Part shown: positions 51,314 to 61,467 of the stretch, one piece after another
Layout: each line of letters starts with the position of its first letter
Position numbering within the stretch: position 1 is the first letter of the stretch
DNA from: an uncultured Candidatus Saccharibacteria bacterium
Lineage (GTDB): Bacteria; Patescibacteriota; Saccharimonadia; Saccharimonadales; CAYZZS01
NCBI GenBank assembly: GCA_964483035.1
Contig: CAYZZS010000004.1
Span: forward strand, 10,081 to 74,080
Reading direction: 5' to 3'
Length of the DNA: 64,000 nucleotides
Translations under genes and position numbers: made by a program
The notes under the pieces: model-generated
Told to the model about the DNA's origin: nothing
Database searches by the model: none
What the model saw: the letters and a program-made list of their open reading frames with translations, nothing else

Positions 51314-51428
51314 TTATTGTACTACAAAACCATGAGTACTTTACTTAGTTTGCTTTGGATTTACAGGCATATTTTGGTAGTTTTCAGGAAACGGATATCT
51401 AATCAAGAGTTCTAGTATAATACTACTT

Positions 51429-54266
51429 ATGCTACGTGCACAAAAGCAACAACCGCGCGACCCGGGAGTAGTTCTGCTGCTTCAAATACCCCGTACTAAC
51501 GAGAAAAAAGAGCTGGCCGCAGAGCAGATGTTTGCTAGCTTGCACGGCTTGTTGACCGGGCCGAAAGCCGGAGTGCTGATCCGCAAAACCAAGCGGGAGC
51601 GAGTAAGCTTTGAGATTGCCGTTAAGAATAAGCGGATCGGTTTCTATGTCTGGGTGCCGACCGTGCTCAAAGGTTATGTTGAGGAGCAGATTTACGCGCA
51701 GTACCCCAACGTCAATATTTCTGAAGTGAGGGATTATATTGAGCATGATCCAGAGCCGGGGGTGATACATCTTGGCGCCGAGCTGAAGCTGATGGCGCAT
51801 GAGGCGTTGCCGATCAAGACATTTCCGAGCTTTGAGGTCGACCCCCTAGCGGCTATTACCGCTACTCTGGCGCAGTTTGCTGATGACGAAGAAGCCTGGC
51901 TGCAGATTGTGATGCGGCCGGCCAACGACTCCTGGTACAAGCGCAGTGAGCGCTATGCCGCGTCGATCCGCAGCAAAGGAAGCGGCGGAAGCAGCGGGTT
52001 GGCAACTGCGTTGTGGGCGCCGCCCGAGTCCAAAGGCGGAGCGCCGGTCAAGCTGGCAGAGTATGAGTCCGCCAGAGCGAACGCGGCTGAAGAAAAGAGC
52101 CACAAACTGGCATACGAAGTTGCCATACGGGTCGTTTACCGCGGTCACGCCATGCCCCAGGCGCGCATGCGCCTACAGGCGATCACCGCCAGCTTTAAAC
52201 AGTTCAACACTACGTATCTCAATGGTTTTGTGGCGAAAATCGTAGAAAAGCCGAGCTTCCTGACACTGTTTCGGAGCCGCGATTTTTTGAGCCGCGGTTT
52301 TGTCTGCAATATCGAAGAAGTCGCCAGTTTGTACCACTTGCCGCACACAAACGTAGAAACGCCCAATATCCTCTGGGCAAATGCCAAGACCGCTGAGCCG
52401 CCGGCTACCCTTCCCCTCGTCACCGAAGCCAATCGTGCCGAAATCAGTCCCGTTGCCGTCACTAATTTCCGCGGGCAGAACACTATGTTCGGTCTAAACC
52501 GCGCTGATCGCGGCCGGCATCTATATATCATTGGTCAGACTGGTGTCGGTAAGTCGGGGATGTTGGAGCTTTTGACTATTTCCGATATATACAGCCCCTA
52601 TGGCTTCGCGGTCATTGACCCGCACGGTGATTACGCGCTGAGCATTCTGCGCCGTATTCCGGCCGAGCGGATAGACGACGTCATATATTTCAATCCGGTC
52701 GATATGGATTATCCGATCGCCTTTAATCCCATGGAGGTGACCGATCCAAAGCTCAAAACGCACACCGCCTCGGAGCTGATCGGCGTACTGAAGCGGATGT
52801 TTGACTCCTGGGGACCGCGGTTGGAGTATATCCTGCGCTATAGCCTACTGGCTCTGCTCGACTACCCTGATTCGACCATGCTGGATATCACCCGGATTCT
52901 GACTGACAAGAAATTCCGCAACGAAGTCCTCACGCACGTGCAGGATCCGGTGGTGCGAAACTTCTGGCTGGTGGAATTTGCCAGCTGGAATGACAAATTT
53001 GCGGCCGAAGCGGTGGCGCCGGTACTAAACAAAGTCGGTGCTTTTACGGCCAATCCGATCGTGCGTAATATCATCGGCCAGCCGAAGAGCAGTTTCAACA
53101 TCCGCCAGATCATGGATGAGCGCAAGATATTAATCGTCAATCTCTCCCGGGGGCTAATCGGCGAAGATAATGCCGGACTGCTTGGTGCGTTGCTGGTTAC
53201 TAAAATGCAGTTAGGTGCCATGAGCCGAGCCGATATTGACCACAAGGACCGAGTTCCCTTCTATCTATACGTGGACGAATTCCAGAACTTTGCCACTGAT
53301 TCGTTCGCAACGATATTGAGTGAGGCGCGTAAGTATGCGCTGAACCTGACAGTGGCCAACCAGTATATTGCTCAGATGAGTCAAGAGGTGCGCGACGCGG
53401 TGTTCGGTAACGTCGGATCCATCATCGCCTTCCGCACCAGCGCCGATGATGCCCGGATCATGCAGAAGTATTTCGAGCCGCATTTTGAGGAGCATGATTT
53501 GGTGCACATGCATAACCTGCACTTCGCGATCAGTATGATTATCAACGGCGAGAAAATGCCAGCTTTTTCTGCCACTTCATTGCGTCTGCCGCCGCATAGC
53601 GAGGATTACAGTCAGCAGATTATCCAAAACAGCCGGGAGAAGTACGCCATTGGCCGTGGCAGCATCGAATCATTTATGCATGACCGCTACGTCACGCCGG
53701 CACCGGGTGCCGTTCAGCAAAAGCCAAAGCCTGCAGCTAAGCCAGAGGTGCCAGCAAAGCAGACGGAGAAGCGACAGTCTCAAGCTGTGCCTCCTGAAGC
53801 TAAATCAGAGCCTGCCTCCACCGAAAAGCCGAAGACTGCCAAGGCTGCGGAGCCGAAGAAGTCAAAATTAACCGCAACCAACAATCCGATAGCCGCGTTT
53901 CTGCTCCAGGCCGCCGCTGCAGCTGACACCATTCCAATCGAGAATGATCTGGAGGAAGTCTCCAAAGAGATGAAGGCTGAAGAGGAGGCGCGACAGGCTG
54001 CCAAGAAGAAGCGTCGTCGACGCCGTACGCGCAGTAAGAAGAAGGTCCAGGAGCTAAAGAAGCAGCCGGATGCTGAGAAGGTTGAAAAGAAAGAAACCGA
54101 AAAGAAGGAGTCAAAGAAAGCTTCTAAAAAGGATTCCAAGGACAAGAAAGACAAGAAGCCGAAAGTTACCGACTCTCTTGATGACGGCAGGCCGATTACC
54201 GAACTGCTGGTGGATGATTCGGACGCCGGACAATTTAGCGATGATCATGTCGTGAAGCTCCGGTAG
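51429..54266 (+). CDS. Coupling-protein-like (TraD/VirD4/HerA-type) P-loop ATPase with a long Lys/Glu-rich C-terminal tail
   Basis: Walker A is IIGQTGVGKSG and Walker B is FYLYVDEFQNF. The last ~230 aa are K/E/A/P-rich, including KKKRRRRRTRSKKK. Confidence 0.6.
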   Translation: MLRAQKQQPRDPGVVLLLQIPRTNEKKELAAEQMFASLHGLLTGPKAGVLIRKTKRERVSFEIAVKNKRIGFYVWVPTVLKGYVEEQIYAQYPNVNISEVRDYIEHDPEPGVIHLGAELKLMAHEALPIKTFPSFEVDPLAAITATLAQFADDEEAWLQIVMRPANDSWYKRSERYAASIRSKGSGGSSGLATALWAPPESKGGAPVKLAEYESARANAAEEKSHKLAYEVAIRVVYRGHAMPQARMRLQAITASFKQFNTTYLNGFVAKIVEKPSFLTLFRSRDFLSRGFVCNIEEVASLYHLPHTNVETPNILWANAKTAEPPATLPLVTEANRAEISPVAVTNFRGQNTMFGLNRADRGRHLYIIGQTGVGKSGMLELLTISDIYSPYGFAVIDPHGDYALSILRRIPAERIDDVIYFNPVDMDYPIAFNPMEVTDPKLKTHTASELIGVLKRMFDSWGPRLEYILRYSLLALLDYPDSTMLDITRILTDKKFRNEVLTHVQDPVVRNFWLVEFASWNDKFAAEAVAPVLNKVGAFTANPIVRNIIGQPKSSFNIRQIMDERKILIVNLSRGLIGEDNAGLLGALLVTKMQLGAMSRADIDHKDRVPFYLYVDEFQNFATDSFATILSEARKYALNLTVANQYIAQMSQEVRDAVFGNVGSIIAFRTSADDARIMQKYFEPHFEEHDLVHMHNLHFAISMIINGEKMPAFSATSLRLPPHSEDYSQQIIQNSREKYAIGRGSIESFMHDRYVTPAPGAVQQKPKPAAKPEVPAKQTEKRQSQAVPPEAKSEPASTEKPKTAKAAEPKKSKLTATNNPIAAFLLQAAAAADTIPIENDLEEVSKEMKAEEEARQAAKKKRRRRRTRSKKKVQELKKQPDAEKVEKKETEKKESKKASKKDSKDKKDKKPKVTDSLDDGRPITELLVDDSDAGQFSDDHVVKLR

Positions 54267-54407
54267 AAGGCCTATTAAAAATTGACTTTTAAGTTCTGCG
54301 AGTGTATAAGAGCATTAACCTCATTTCCGAGAGGTCGTACATTCAAAAAGATTTCACGGTTTGGATAGAATCTTCACCGCTTAGGATTGCATAAGGAGAG
54401 GGGTTAA

Positions 54408-54740
54408 GTGGCGCCATTTACAGGAATTGTGCTAAGCCTAGCTTCTTCAGTTGGAGGCTATTTTTTTCTAACGAAGTGGCTATTGCCGGATATGTTGAAG
54501 TCAGATAAGGTCATCTGCAGCAATATTTCAGGAGGTGATGCCGTAGGGTTTGGCGACGTGCTTGACATACTCATTAGCGATCGTGGCTGTGAATGGCAGT
54601 CAGGCTATGGTCCTTGGCAGTGGATATTGGCGGCACTTATTACGGTTGCATTAGCTCGTCAATCGTTTTTTTGTTCCTTGGGTTTACATGGGATTATGGG
54701 CTGCCTGATTGGGCGGATAATCTTGCCGCCTTCGGTGTAG
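54408..54740 (+). CDS. Membrane protein fragment (possibly the 5' part of a frame-split gene)
   Basis: 110-aa ORF overlapping the next ORF by 148 nt in another frame. Confidence 0.3.
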   Translation: MAPFTGIVLSLASSVGGYFFLTKWLLPDMLKSDKVICSNISGGDAVGFGDVLDILISDRGCEWQSGYGPWQWILAALITVALARQSFFCSLGLHGIMGCLIGRIILPPSV

Positions 54741-55081
54741 CTGTATTGATCTCGATAGTGTCACTCAGTCTATCATTTGTGTTTGCGCATGATGTGCATA
54801 AAAATGAGAATTACTTCTCAGCACTGCCATTATATGCATTTTTGATAGCTAGCTTGTATCTTCCATTCCCTACGTACAGAGTTGCGCTTTCTTGGTTTGA
54901 GTCAAGTGCTGGTGACTATGTGCTGAGTGGCGGCGTTCTCCTCGGAACGTACATGGGACTGCTTGTGGCAGTTGGTATTGCCGTAATTCTGCTGATTCTG
55001 CTTTTTATATACGCAATAATACTTGCGTTTTTCTATCTATTCGCAGCCCTAGTGGTCTTTGGGTTTGCTGCGTCACGATAG
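54593..55081 (+). CDS. Multi-TM membrane protein (possibly the 3' part of a frame-split gene)
   Basis: 162 aa, strongly hydrophobic. Confidence 0.4.
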   Translation: MAVRLWSLAVDIGGTYYGCISSSIVFLFLGFTWDYGLPDWADNLAAFGVAVLISIVSLSLSFVFAHDVHKNENYFSALPLYAFLIASLYLPFPTYRVALSWFESSAGDYVLSGGVLLGTYMGLLVAVGIAVILLILLFIYAIILAFFYLFAALVVFGFAASR

Positions 55082-55303
55082 GTGGAGTTACCGACTATGA
55101 AATTGTGAATGTCTGATTTAGCAAACCCTGGAAATTCCAGGTCATGGAGGGTGATGAGGGTGACACACGACTGGCCAATTAAAATCGACCTAACTCTTAT
55201 CACCAACTCCATGCTAGCCTCTGTGAGTGTGCGCTTGCACTGATGAGTCCAAAAGGACGAAAGGCTATCGATTTCTGGCAAACTACGTGATCCGATTGCA
55301 GTG

Positions 55304-56761
55304 CTACAGTGCGGCAATCTGTTCGTCCATGCGGCGCAGTGACACTTCTTTTCCAAGGACTGCCAGCGTTTCGGCCAAGCCGGGGCTGGCTGGCGACTGA
55401 GTGGTTGCGATGCGGATCAGACTGAAGAGGACTGCCGGTTTTTGGCCGGTGATTTCCAGCAGATTATTTAGGTGTCCGGTGAGATTTTCTTCTGTGAAAT
55501 CGCTCTGCTCAAGCGCGGCTCTGCTTGTTGCGAGCAGCTCCTTAAGCTCATCGTTCGATAGCTTTTTTAGCTGTTTGTGGCCGGTGATTAATTCCGAATC
55601 TAGCGGCAGATCGGTGAAGAAGAATAGAGTAAGTTCGGGCAGCTCCGCATAATATTTGAGACGCTCCTGGACCAATTTCAGTACCCGTTTTTTGTATAGC
55701 TCGTCGTAGCTTTTGGCTTCTGGCGGCCAAAAGTCCTCTATTTTGACATAAAGTGTTTCCAGTGTCATGTCGCGGATATGGCGTCCACTGATCCACAGTA
55801 GCCGCTGTTCATCGAACTTGGCACCGCTTTTCTGCACTCTGGTAATATCAAATTTCTCGATAATTTCATGTCGGGTAAATATCTCCTGCTCGGTGCCATC
55901 GTTCCAGCCTAGTGTCACTAGGAAGTTCATGAGTGCCTCTGATGGGATGCCCATGGCTTTGTACTCCAGTAGCTGCTTGGCGCCTTTGCGTTTAGAGAGC
56001 TTTTGTTTGCCGTCCGGGTCCAGAACCGCCGGTACAGTCGCGAAGGTCGGCCAGGCAATACCGAGAGCGTCGTATAGGTTAAGGTATTTCGGTACTGACG
56101 ATAAAAACTCCTGAGAGCGGACAACATGTGTGATTTTCATAAGGTGGTCGTCAATAATGTGAGCAAAGTTATAGGTCGGAAAGCCGTCGGATTTCATCAG
56201 AATGAAGTCGTCTATTACTTCAGGTCCGGCATGGAGCTCGCCCATGACCTCGTCATGCCAGGTGTACTCTCTGGGTTCAGACTTCAGGCGCAGCGGCTGG
56301 CTGCCGTCCCATTTGGGCGGGTTTTTTGGCCGGTGGTCACGAAATAGAAAGGGGCGCTTCTCTGCCTTGGCTTTTTCTCTGAAAGCATTAACCTCTTCTG
56401 GGGTGTACGGGTCAGCATAGGCACGGCCGGCGTCTACCAGTTTCTGCGCCCACTCCCTATATATATCCAGGCGTTCGCTTTGGGTGTACGGTCCATGCGG
56501 GCCGCCCTTGTCCGGGCCCTCGTCCCAGTCGATACCCATATAGGCGAGCGTGCTGGTGATATTCACGACGGCGCCTTCAACTTCCCTCGCCTGGTCGGTG
56601 TCTTCGATCCTGAGCAGGAATTGACCGTCGTGATGGCGTGCAACTAGCCAGGCAAATAGTGCTGTCCGAACGGTTCCGGCATGCAGGGCGCCTGTCGGGC
56701 TGGGCGCAAAGCGTGTTCGTACCACTGCTTTTTTATCAATAGAAGCGCGATCCTCATTCAT
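55304..56761 (-). CDS. gltX: Glutamate--tRNA ligase
   Basis: Contains RTRFAPSPTGALHAGTVRTALF (HIGH-type) and KLSKRKGA (KMSKS-type). Confidence 0.9.
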   Translation of the reverse strand: MNEDRASIDKKAVVRTRFAPSPTGALHAGTVRTALFAWLVARHHDGQFLLRIEDTDQAREVEGAVVNITSTLAYMGIDWDEGPDKGGPHGPYTQSERLDIYREWAQKLVDAGRAYADPYTPEEVNAFREKAKAEKRPFLFRDHRPKNPPKWDGSQPLRLKSEPREYTWHDEVMGELHAGPEVIDDFILMKSDGFPTYNFAHIIDDHLMKITHVVRSQEFLSSVPKYLNLYDALGIAWPTFATVPAVLDPDGKQKLSKRKGAKQLLEYKAMGIPSEALMNFLVTLGWNDGTEQEIFTRHEIIEKFDITRVQKSGAKFDEQRLLWISGRHIRDMTLETLYVKIEDFWPPEAKSYDELYKKRVLKLVQERLKYYAELPELTLFFFTDLPLDSELITGHKQLKKLSNDELKELLATSRAALEQSDFTEENLTGHLNNLLEITGQKPAVLFSLIRIATTQSPASPGLAETLAVLGKEVSLRRMDEQIAAL

Positions 56762-56801
56762 CAGAGGTTATTGTAAGGAATAGCGCCCCAAAAAGAAACT
56801 G

Positions 56802-57029
56802 CTAACGGCGGTTCTGGCGGCTGCTGCGATTCAGTATTGCGCCCACTGCGCTAATTGCCGCGAGGCCGCCCAGTGCGAATATATGTGCGGCTGGCAGATC
56901 CGTAAGGCTGTCTGCGTCTACTGCGGCTTCTTGTGGCTCGATCGCAGCTGTGTGGCTGACTGCTTCTGAGGCTGCAACGTCGATGTCGCCTGAGAAGTTT
57001 TCAGGCATTGATAACTCAAACCCACTCAT
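56802..57029 (-). CDS. Small acidic protein with a C-terminal membrane anchor and basic tail
   Basis: 75 aa ending ...IFALGGLAAISAVGAILNRSSRQNRR. Confidence 0.45.
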   Translation of the reverse strand: MSGFELSMPENFSGDIDVAASEAVSHTAAIEPQEAAVDADSLTDLPAAHIFALGGLAAISAVGAILNRSSRQNRR

Positions 57030-57070
57030 ATAGCTTATTATACCACAATCGGTAATAAAAGTAAATATTC

Positions 57071-58237
57071 TTACAAAGAGCCGGCAATGCGGAGCAGTTG
57101 ATCACTTGTCAGGTCGGCGTTGCCCTCAACCTGATACCAGATTCCTCGGTCTACCCAGGTGGCGTTGGAGTTGTCGTAGATGTAGATTGTTTTGCCCTTT
57201 TCCTGATAAGTCTGATACGGTTTGTCGAGTGTTGTCACGTAGCTGGCGCGCAGAGTTTCGCTGTTCCACTTTGACTCTTGCTGTGTAATGGTAAAACTGC
57301 GGTTGTCAGTGGCGGAGTTAAAGCTGAGGATGATTTTACCGGGCTCGTACGCAATAGGTCCGCTCATGGTAAAGCCGGCGGGATTGTAGTCTGGCATAGA
57401 GGCGTTAATGCCGGCGCGTGCCGCGGCCACCCGCATCGCGAAGTTCGGAACATTCATGTAGGCAATGTAGGCGCCAATGAGCAACAGGGTTACTGCCATG
57501 GCACCGATGCTGACGGTGCGATTGGCAAAACCGAGCTTACGAAGCAGGTTCAAGCGCTTGCCTCTGGTTTTCTTGGCCTTGGTGGGCTTAACAGGCTTGC
57601 TGGCGGCATTTTCAAGTGCTTTTTGGATACGGTCGATATGATCTTCGGACTTTTTAGCTGGTGCCTTGGGTAGCGGGTAAACCGGTAATTCATTGATAGC
57701 TACCGATGGGGCTGGCTTGCGGGTGGTTTTTGCTGCTGGCGGCGGAGATGACGGAGTTGGTTTGACAGGTAGCGGCTCAGATCGCTTTGCTACGCTAGCG
57801 ACCGGCGCACCGAATTTACTGATCATGCTGCTCTTTGAGACTTTGGCTGCACGGGCTAATCTGTTCTGCTCCAGGGCAGCGGCCGCGGCTTGCTTCGTGG
57901 CTGGTTTGGTTGGCTTGGCGGCTGCTGTCTTCGGCTTTGCTGCTGGTGCGGGTTTAATGTCAGGTTTTCTGACTGCATGCCGCATGAGGGTTTTGGATTT
58001 CTGAAGGCGGTTTACGCGGGCTTTCGGCGCTGGCACCCGTTTCTTGGCCGGAGGCTTGACGGGGCTAGTTATTGCTTTGGCCGCAGGAGATGGAGGGCGT
58101 TTTCTCGGAGATACAACGCCATCGAGCACGTTCCGTGCAGAGACGGCCACTGCCGGCTTACGGAATCGGAACGAGCGGCGGGATGACATCTCGTATGTTT
58201 TACCGTTGATTTCCAAGCTTGTTTTTTTCTGCCCCAT
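57071..58237 (-). CDS. Membrane-anchored protein with a Lys/Pro/Ala-rich cytoplasmic N-terminal region
   Basis: 388 aa with one TM segment near residue 250 and a folded C-terminal domain of unknown family. Confidence 0.55.
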   Translation of the reverse strand: MGQKKTSLEINGKTYEMSSRRSFRFRKPAVAVSARNVLDGVVSPRKRPPSPAAKAITSPVKPPAKKRVPAPKARVNRLQKSKTLMRHAVRKPDIKPAPAAKPKTAAAKPTKPATKQAAAAALEQNRLARAAKVSKSSMISKFGAPVASVAKRSEPLPVKPTPSSPPPAAKTTRKPAPSVAINELPVYPLPKAPAKKSEDHIDRIQKALENAASKPVKPTKAKKTRGKRLNLLRKLGFANRTVSIGAMAVTLLLIGAYIAYMNVPNFAMRVAAARAGINASMPDYNPAGFTMSGPIAYEPGKIILSFNSATDNRSFTITQQESKWNSETLRASYVTTLDKPYQTYQEKGKTIYIYDNSNATWVDRGIWYQVEGNADLTSDQLLRIAGSL

Positions 58238-58435
58238 GTTACTTCTTTCTATTGCAAAGCCAGGACCCGTTTAATTGCCCTTATGGTAAACCACAGACTT
58301 GGTTGCTGCAAGCGGCTTTTAGTTTCCGGTCACTTACCCATATTCCATAGAATATGCATGGTATTATAATAAGCGTGTGAGCTTTGAAACTGCAACGGCA
58401 ATTATGGCCAATGCAACGGGCTCCTTTACTTTTGT

Positions 58436-59908
58436 ATGGAATTTCTTGATCCAAAAAAGCGCAGGGCGCATAACATCCGCTTGTTTATCGGCTACATCCT
58501 GATGGGTATAGCTATTATTATGACTTCCATCGTATTGATGCACGTCTCTAATGGCATCAGTTACGACTTGTCGACCAGGTCGGTCATTCAAAAAGGCATG
58601 GTATTCATCTCTTCCCAGCCGGTTTCTGCGGACATCCACATTAATGGATCGCCAATTAGCTCCCGGACTAATGCCCGCCTCACGCTTGAAGAAGGTCAGT
58701 ATGAATTCGAAGTACGCGCAAACGGCTATCGTCCCTGGAGGCGGATCCTTAATCTGCTTGGTGGAACCGTAGAGCGGTTGATGTATCCCCGGCTCTTTCC
58801 GGAGCATTTGACAAGCGAAACCATGCGTACCTACAGTGGGCAGCCGTCATTCGTCACGCAAAGTCCAGACCGGCAATGGCTGCTTGTGCAGCGAGCTGGG
58901 ACGCACCTGCAGTTTGAGGTGGTGAATTTGAATGATCCAAAGGAGCCGGTGGCGACGTTGTCTCTGCCGAGAGATTTAGTGACAGATCAGGGTGAACAGC
59001 GCTGGAGTAGTCCGGAATGGTCGACCGACAATCGCCATGTACTTGTCCGGCATGATTTCGAAGGTGGTCACGAGTATGTCATTATTGACCGCCAAGGTGA
59101 AAATTCGGTAAATCTCAACCGGCATTTCGGGTTGGCAATTCCTGAGGCTACACTTCGTGACAAGGCTTTCGATAAGTATTACTTCTTTGATCCGGAAACC
59201 CGAATGTTGCGGACGGCAGAATTAAGCTCCAGATCGGTAGCATTGCTGCTGAGCGATGTTCTTTCGTATAAATCTCACGGTAATAATGTCGTTCTGTACA
59301 CGACTGACTCGGGCGCTCCCAAGGGCAAGGCCCGAGTAATGATCCTGGAGGGTATCCAGTCATACCATGTACGCGACATCACGCTGGATTCGCCGCATTT
59401 GCTTGATATCGCACGGTTTGACGGTAGCTGGTATATGGTCATGGGTGCTGAGAAGGAAAACCGGGTGCATGTGTATAAGGATGCCGTATCCGAAATAAAG
59501 GACAATCCGGAAAGGCTGCCGCTCCCTGTCGGTGCGCTCAAGGTCGATAGCCCGAAGTTTATCGGCTTCTCAAACAACGCCCGATTTGTGATGGCGCAGC
59601 ATGGCAGCTCTTTTGCCGTGTATGACGCCGAGACCGATCGGCATTATACCTACACCATGGATACGGAGATTGAGCCGACATATCGCGCTGTCTGGATGGA
59701 TGGGCATAGGCTTTCTGTAGTGAGCGCTGGTCATGTGCATGTTTTTGACTACGACGGCATCAATCATCATGAGCTGAGCGCCTCAAGGGAGAGGTTCACC
59801 CCGTATTTTGACCGAGACTACACCGCTATGTATGCGCTTGCAGCGCCTAGCGGCGGCGATCAGAGTAGAACTGTTTTGGTTCGAACATCTTTGATCGTCG
59901 AAGAATAG
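58436..59908 (+). CDS. PEGA-domain membrane-anchored protein with a beta-propeller-like C-terminal region
   Basis: An N-terminal TM segment, then SQPVSADIHINGSPISSRTNARLTLEEGQYEFEVRANGYRPW, which is PEGA-like. Confidence 0.5.
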   Translation: MEFLDPKKRRAHNIRLFIGYILMGIAIIMTSIVLMHVSNGISYDLSTRSVIQKGMVFISSQPVSADIHINGSPISSRTNARLTLEEGQYEFEVRANGYRPWRRILNLLGGTVERLMYPRLFPEHLTSETMRTYSGQPSFVTQSPDRQWLLVQRAGTHLQFEVVNLNDPKEPVATLSLPRDLVTDQGEQRWSSPEWSTDNRHVLVRHDFEGGHEYVIIDRQGENSVNLNRHFGLAIPEATLRDKAFDKYYFFDPETRMLRTAELSSRSVALLLSDVLSYKSHGNNVVLYTTDSGAPKGKARVMILEGIQSYHVRDITLDSPHLLDIARFDGSWYMVMGAEKENRVHVYKDAVSEIKDNPERLPLPVGALKVDSPKFIGFSNNARFVMAQHGSSFAVYDAETDRHYTYTMDTEIEPTYRAVWMDGHRLSVVSAGHVHVFDYDGINHHELSASRERFTPYFDRDYTAMYALAAPSGGDQSRTVLVRTSLIVEE

Positions 59909-59914
59909 CAGTTC

Positions 59915-61210
59915 CTAACTACTGAACCATCCGGTGATGCGCTGCCATAAACTTGGGGCGTTGCCTGGAACGACGGTAGGCTGTTCGGCAGTTTTTGGCG
60001 CGCTGCTGGCAACATTGGCAGCCGGATCGGGTGAGATCTGCTCACCGAACACCGCCAAGCGGTTAAGGACTGTTCCCGGTGGATCACAAGTGATGAGTGT
60101 GGCGGTAGCGGGCCGGTCGGTACTGCCCAGAACCCACACGTCGGTAGGTTTGACAACTTTTTTATCATATACGCGGTAGACATACCGTTTACCTTCCCGG
60201 GTCAGATAAAAGGTGTCACCGGGCTCCAGCCGGTTGAGCAGGACGAAGGCGAATTTGTAATTCCCTTTGTTGAGGATGTTATTGCTGGAATGGCCGAATA
60301 TGGCGGCATTGCCCAGTTCGCCCGGCAATGACGTGGTGGCGTAGTGCACGACACCGCGTTCGAGCGCCTTTTGAATGGCCGCTTCTTCGATTGACGGCTC
60401 ATCGTAGACTACCGGGATCTCCACGTTGATTTTGGGAATGATAATTTTGGGAACCGGATCAGTTACCGGGCTGTTTTCGTCGACGATAATCGGTGTGGAG
60501 CTGACATTTCTACTAGGGGTAATGAACGGCGCGATGATCCGCTCATTAAAAAAGCTGAATAACATGATAAGTACTACCAGTGACCCCATGCTAAGGCCGA
60601 ACAGCAGTGACTTGAACTGATGGGCTCGAGGTGACTTATCCTGGTCCTGAATCTTGCCGAGTAGCTGTTTTTTGATGTCGGAAGCAGTCCTGGTCTCAGG
60701 CTTGCTAGCTGGCTGCTGTGACGGCTTGACGGGCAATGGGTCGGCGGACGGCGTTGTCGGCTCTGGTTTGACTGGAGCTGCTGGTCTCGGCATTGCTGGC
60801 GTCTGTACAGCTTCACTCGGCTGCTGGGGCTTGGCCTCTGTCCTGACTGTCTGGTCTGGCTGTCCGTGAGTGCGGTAGAATTCTTGCCACACTTCGTACT
60901 TCTCGGTATCTGGCAGCCCAGAGTAGTACTCGTGCCACTTGGCTTGGATTTGTGCCAGCGGCAGACCAGAAGTAGATAGCTTATGCATGTACTCCTGATG
61001 TTTGGAGCGGTGTCCTGCGGTTACTGCTTCCTGTAGCGCTACTTGAGTATTCGGCTCTTCCTCGTACAGTGCAGCGATTTTCTTGCGGATCTCATCTGCG
61101 GCTGGATTTGCGTTTTGTGCACCAGTGCTGCTCAATGGCTGCACTTCCCGCTTGCCTCCTGGCAGCAGATAACTGTTATCGTCTGGTGTGTTGTGCTTGC
61201 TCTGGCTCAT
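59915..61210 (-). CDS. Sortase with a long disordered N-terminal region
   Basis: The C-terminal domain contains AAIFGHSSNN and ATLITCDPPGT (His and Cys active-site contexts). Confidence 0.7.
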   Translation of the reverse strand: MSQSKHNTPDDNSYLLPGGKREVQPLSSTGAQNANPAADEIRKKIAALYEEEPNTQVALQEAVTAGHRSKHQEYMHKLSTSGLPLAQIQAKWHEYYSGLPDTEKYEVWQEFYRTHGQPDQTVRTEAKPQQPSEAVQTPAMPRPAAPVKPEPTTPSADPLPVKPSQQPASKPETRTASDIKKQLLGKIQDQDKSPRAHQFKSLLFGLSMGSLVVLIMLFSFFNERIIAPFITPSRNVSSTPIIVDENSPVTDPVPKIIIPKINVEIPVVYDEPSIEEAAIQKALERGVVHYATTSLPGELGNAAIFGHSSNNILNKGNYKFAFVLLNRLEPGDTFYLTREGKRYVYRVYDKKVVKPTDVWVLGSTDRPATATLITCDPPGTVLNRLAVFGEQISPDPAANVASSAPKTAEQPTVVPGNAPSLWQRITGWFSS

Positions 61211-61372
61211 AGCTGGCTGTCGAAAAGCTCATGCTGGCTCCTCGAGTGTAAGTATAGTACAATACCTGCTGTTCTCATATCTGTTAAAAAGGTATCTGTG
61301 CACAAAATAGTGGAAGTCAGAAAGGGTTATGGCGCACCACATTCGCTTGTGCCAACGTTGAATTTCTATGGA

Positions 61373-61460
61373 GCCGCAGTGGTGGAACTGGTAGACACGC
61401 TGGACTCAAAATCCTGTGGGCATTGCGCTCGTGACGGTTCGAGTCCGTCCTGCGGCACCA
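61373..61460 (+). tRNA. tRNA-Leu (anticodon CAA), long variable arm, CCA encoded
   Basis: Acceptor GCCGCAG/CTGCGGC, anticodon loop CTCAAAA, T arm GACGG-TTCGAGT-CCGTC. There is one T-T mismatch in the anticodon stem. Confidence 0.8.
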
Positions 61461-61467
61461 TGGATGT

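Noticed and set aside
56802-57029. The small protein as a sortase substrate (C-terminal hydrophobic segment plus a basic tail).
   Set aside because: There is no LPxTG or LAxTG motif upstream of the hydrophobic segment (only DLPAAH). I called it a tail-anchored small protein only.
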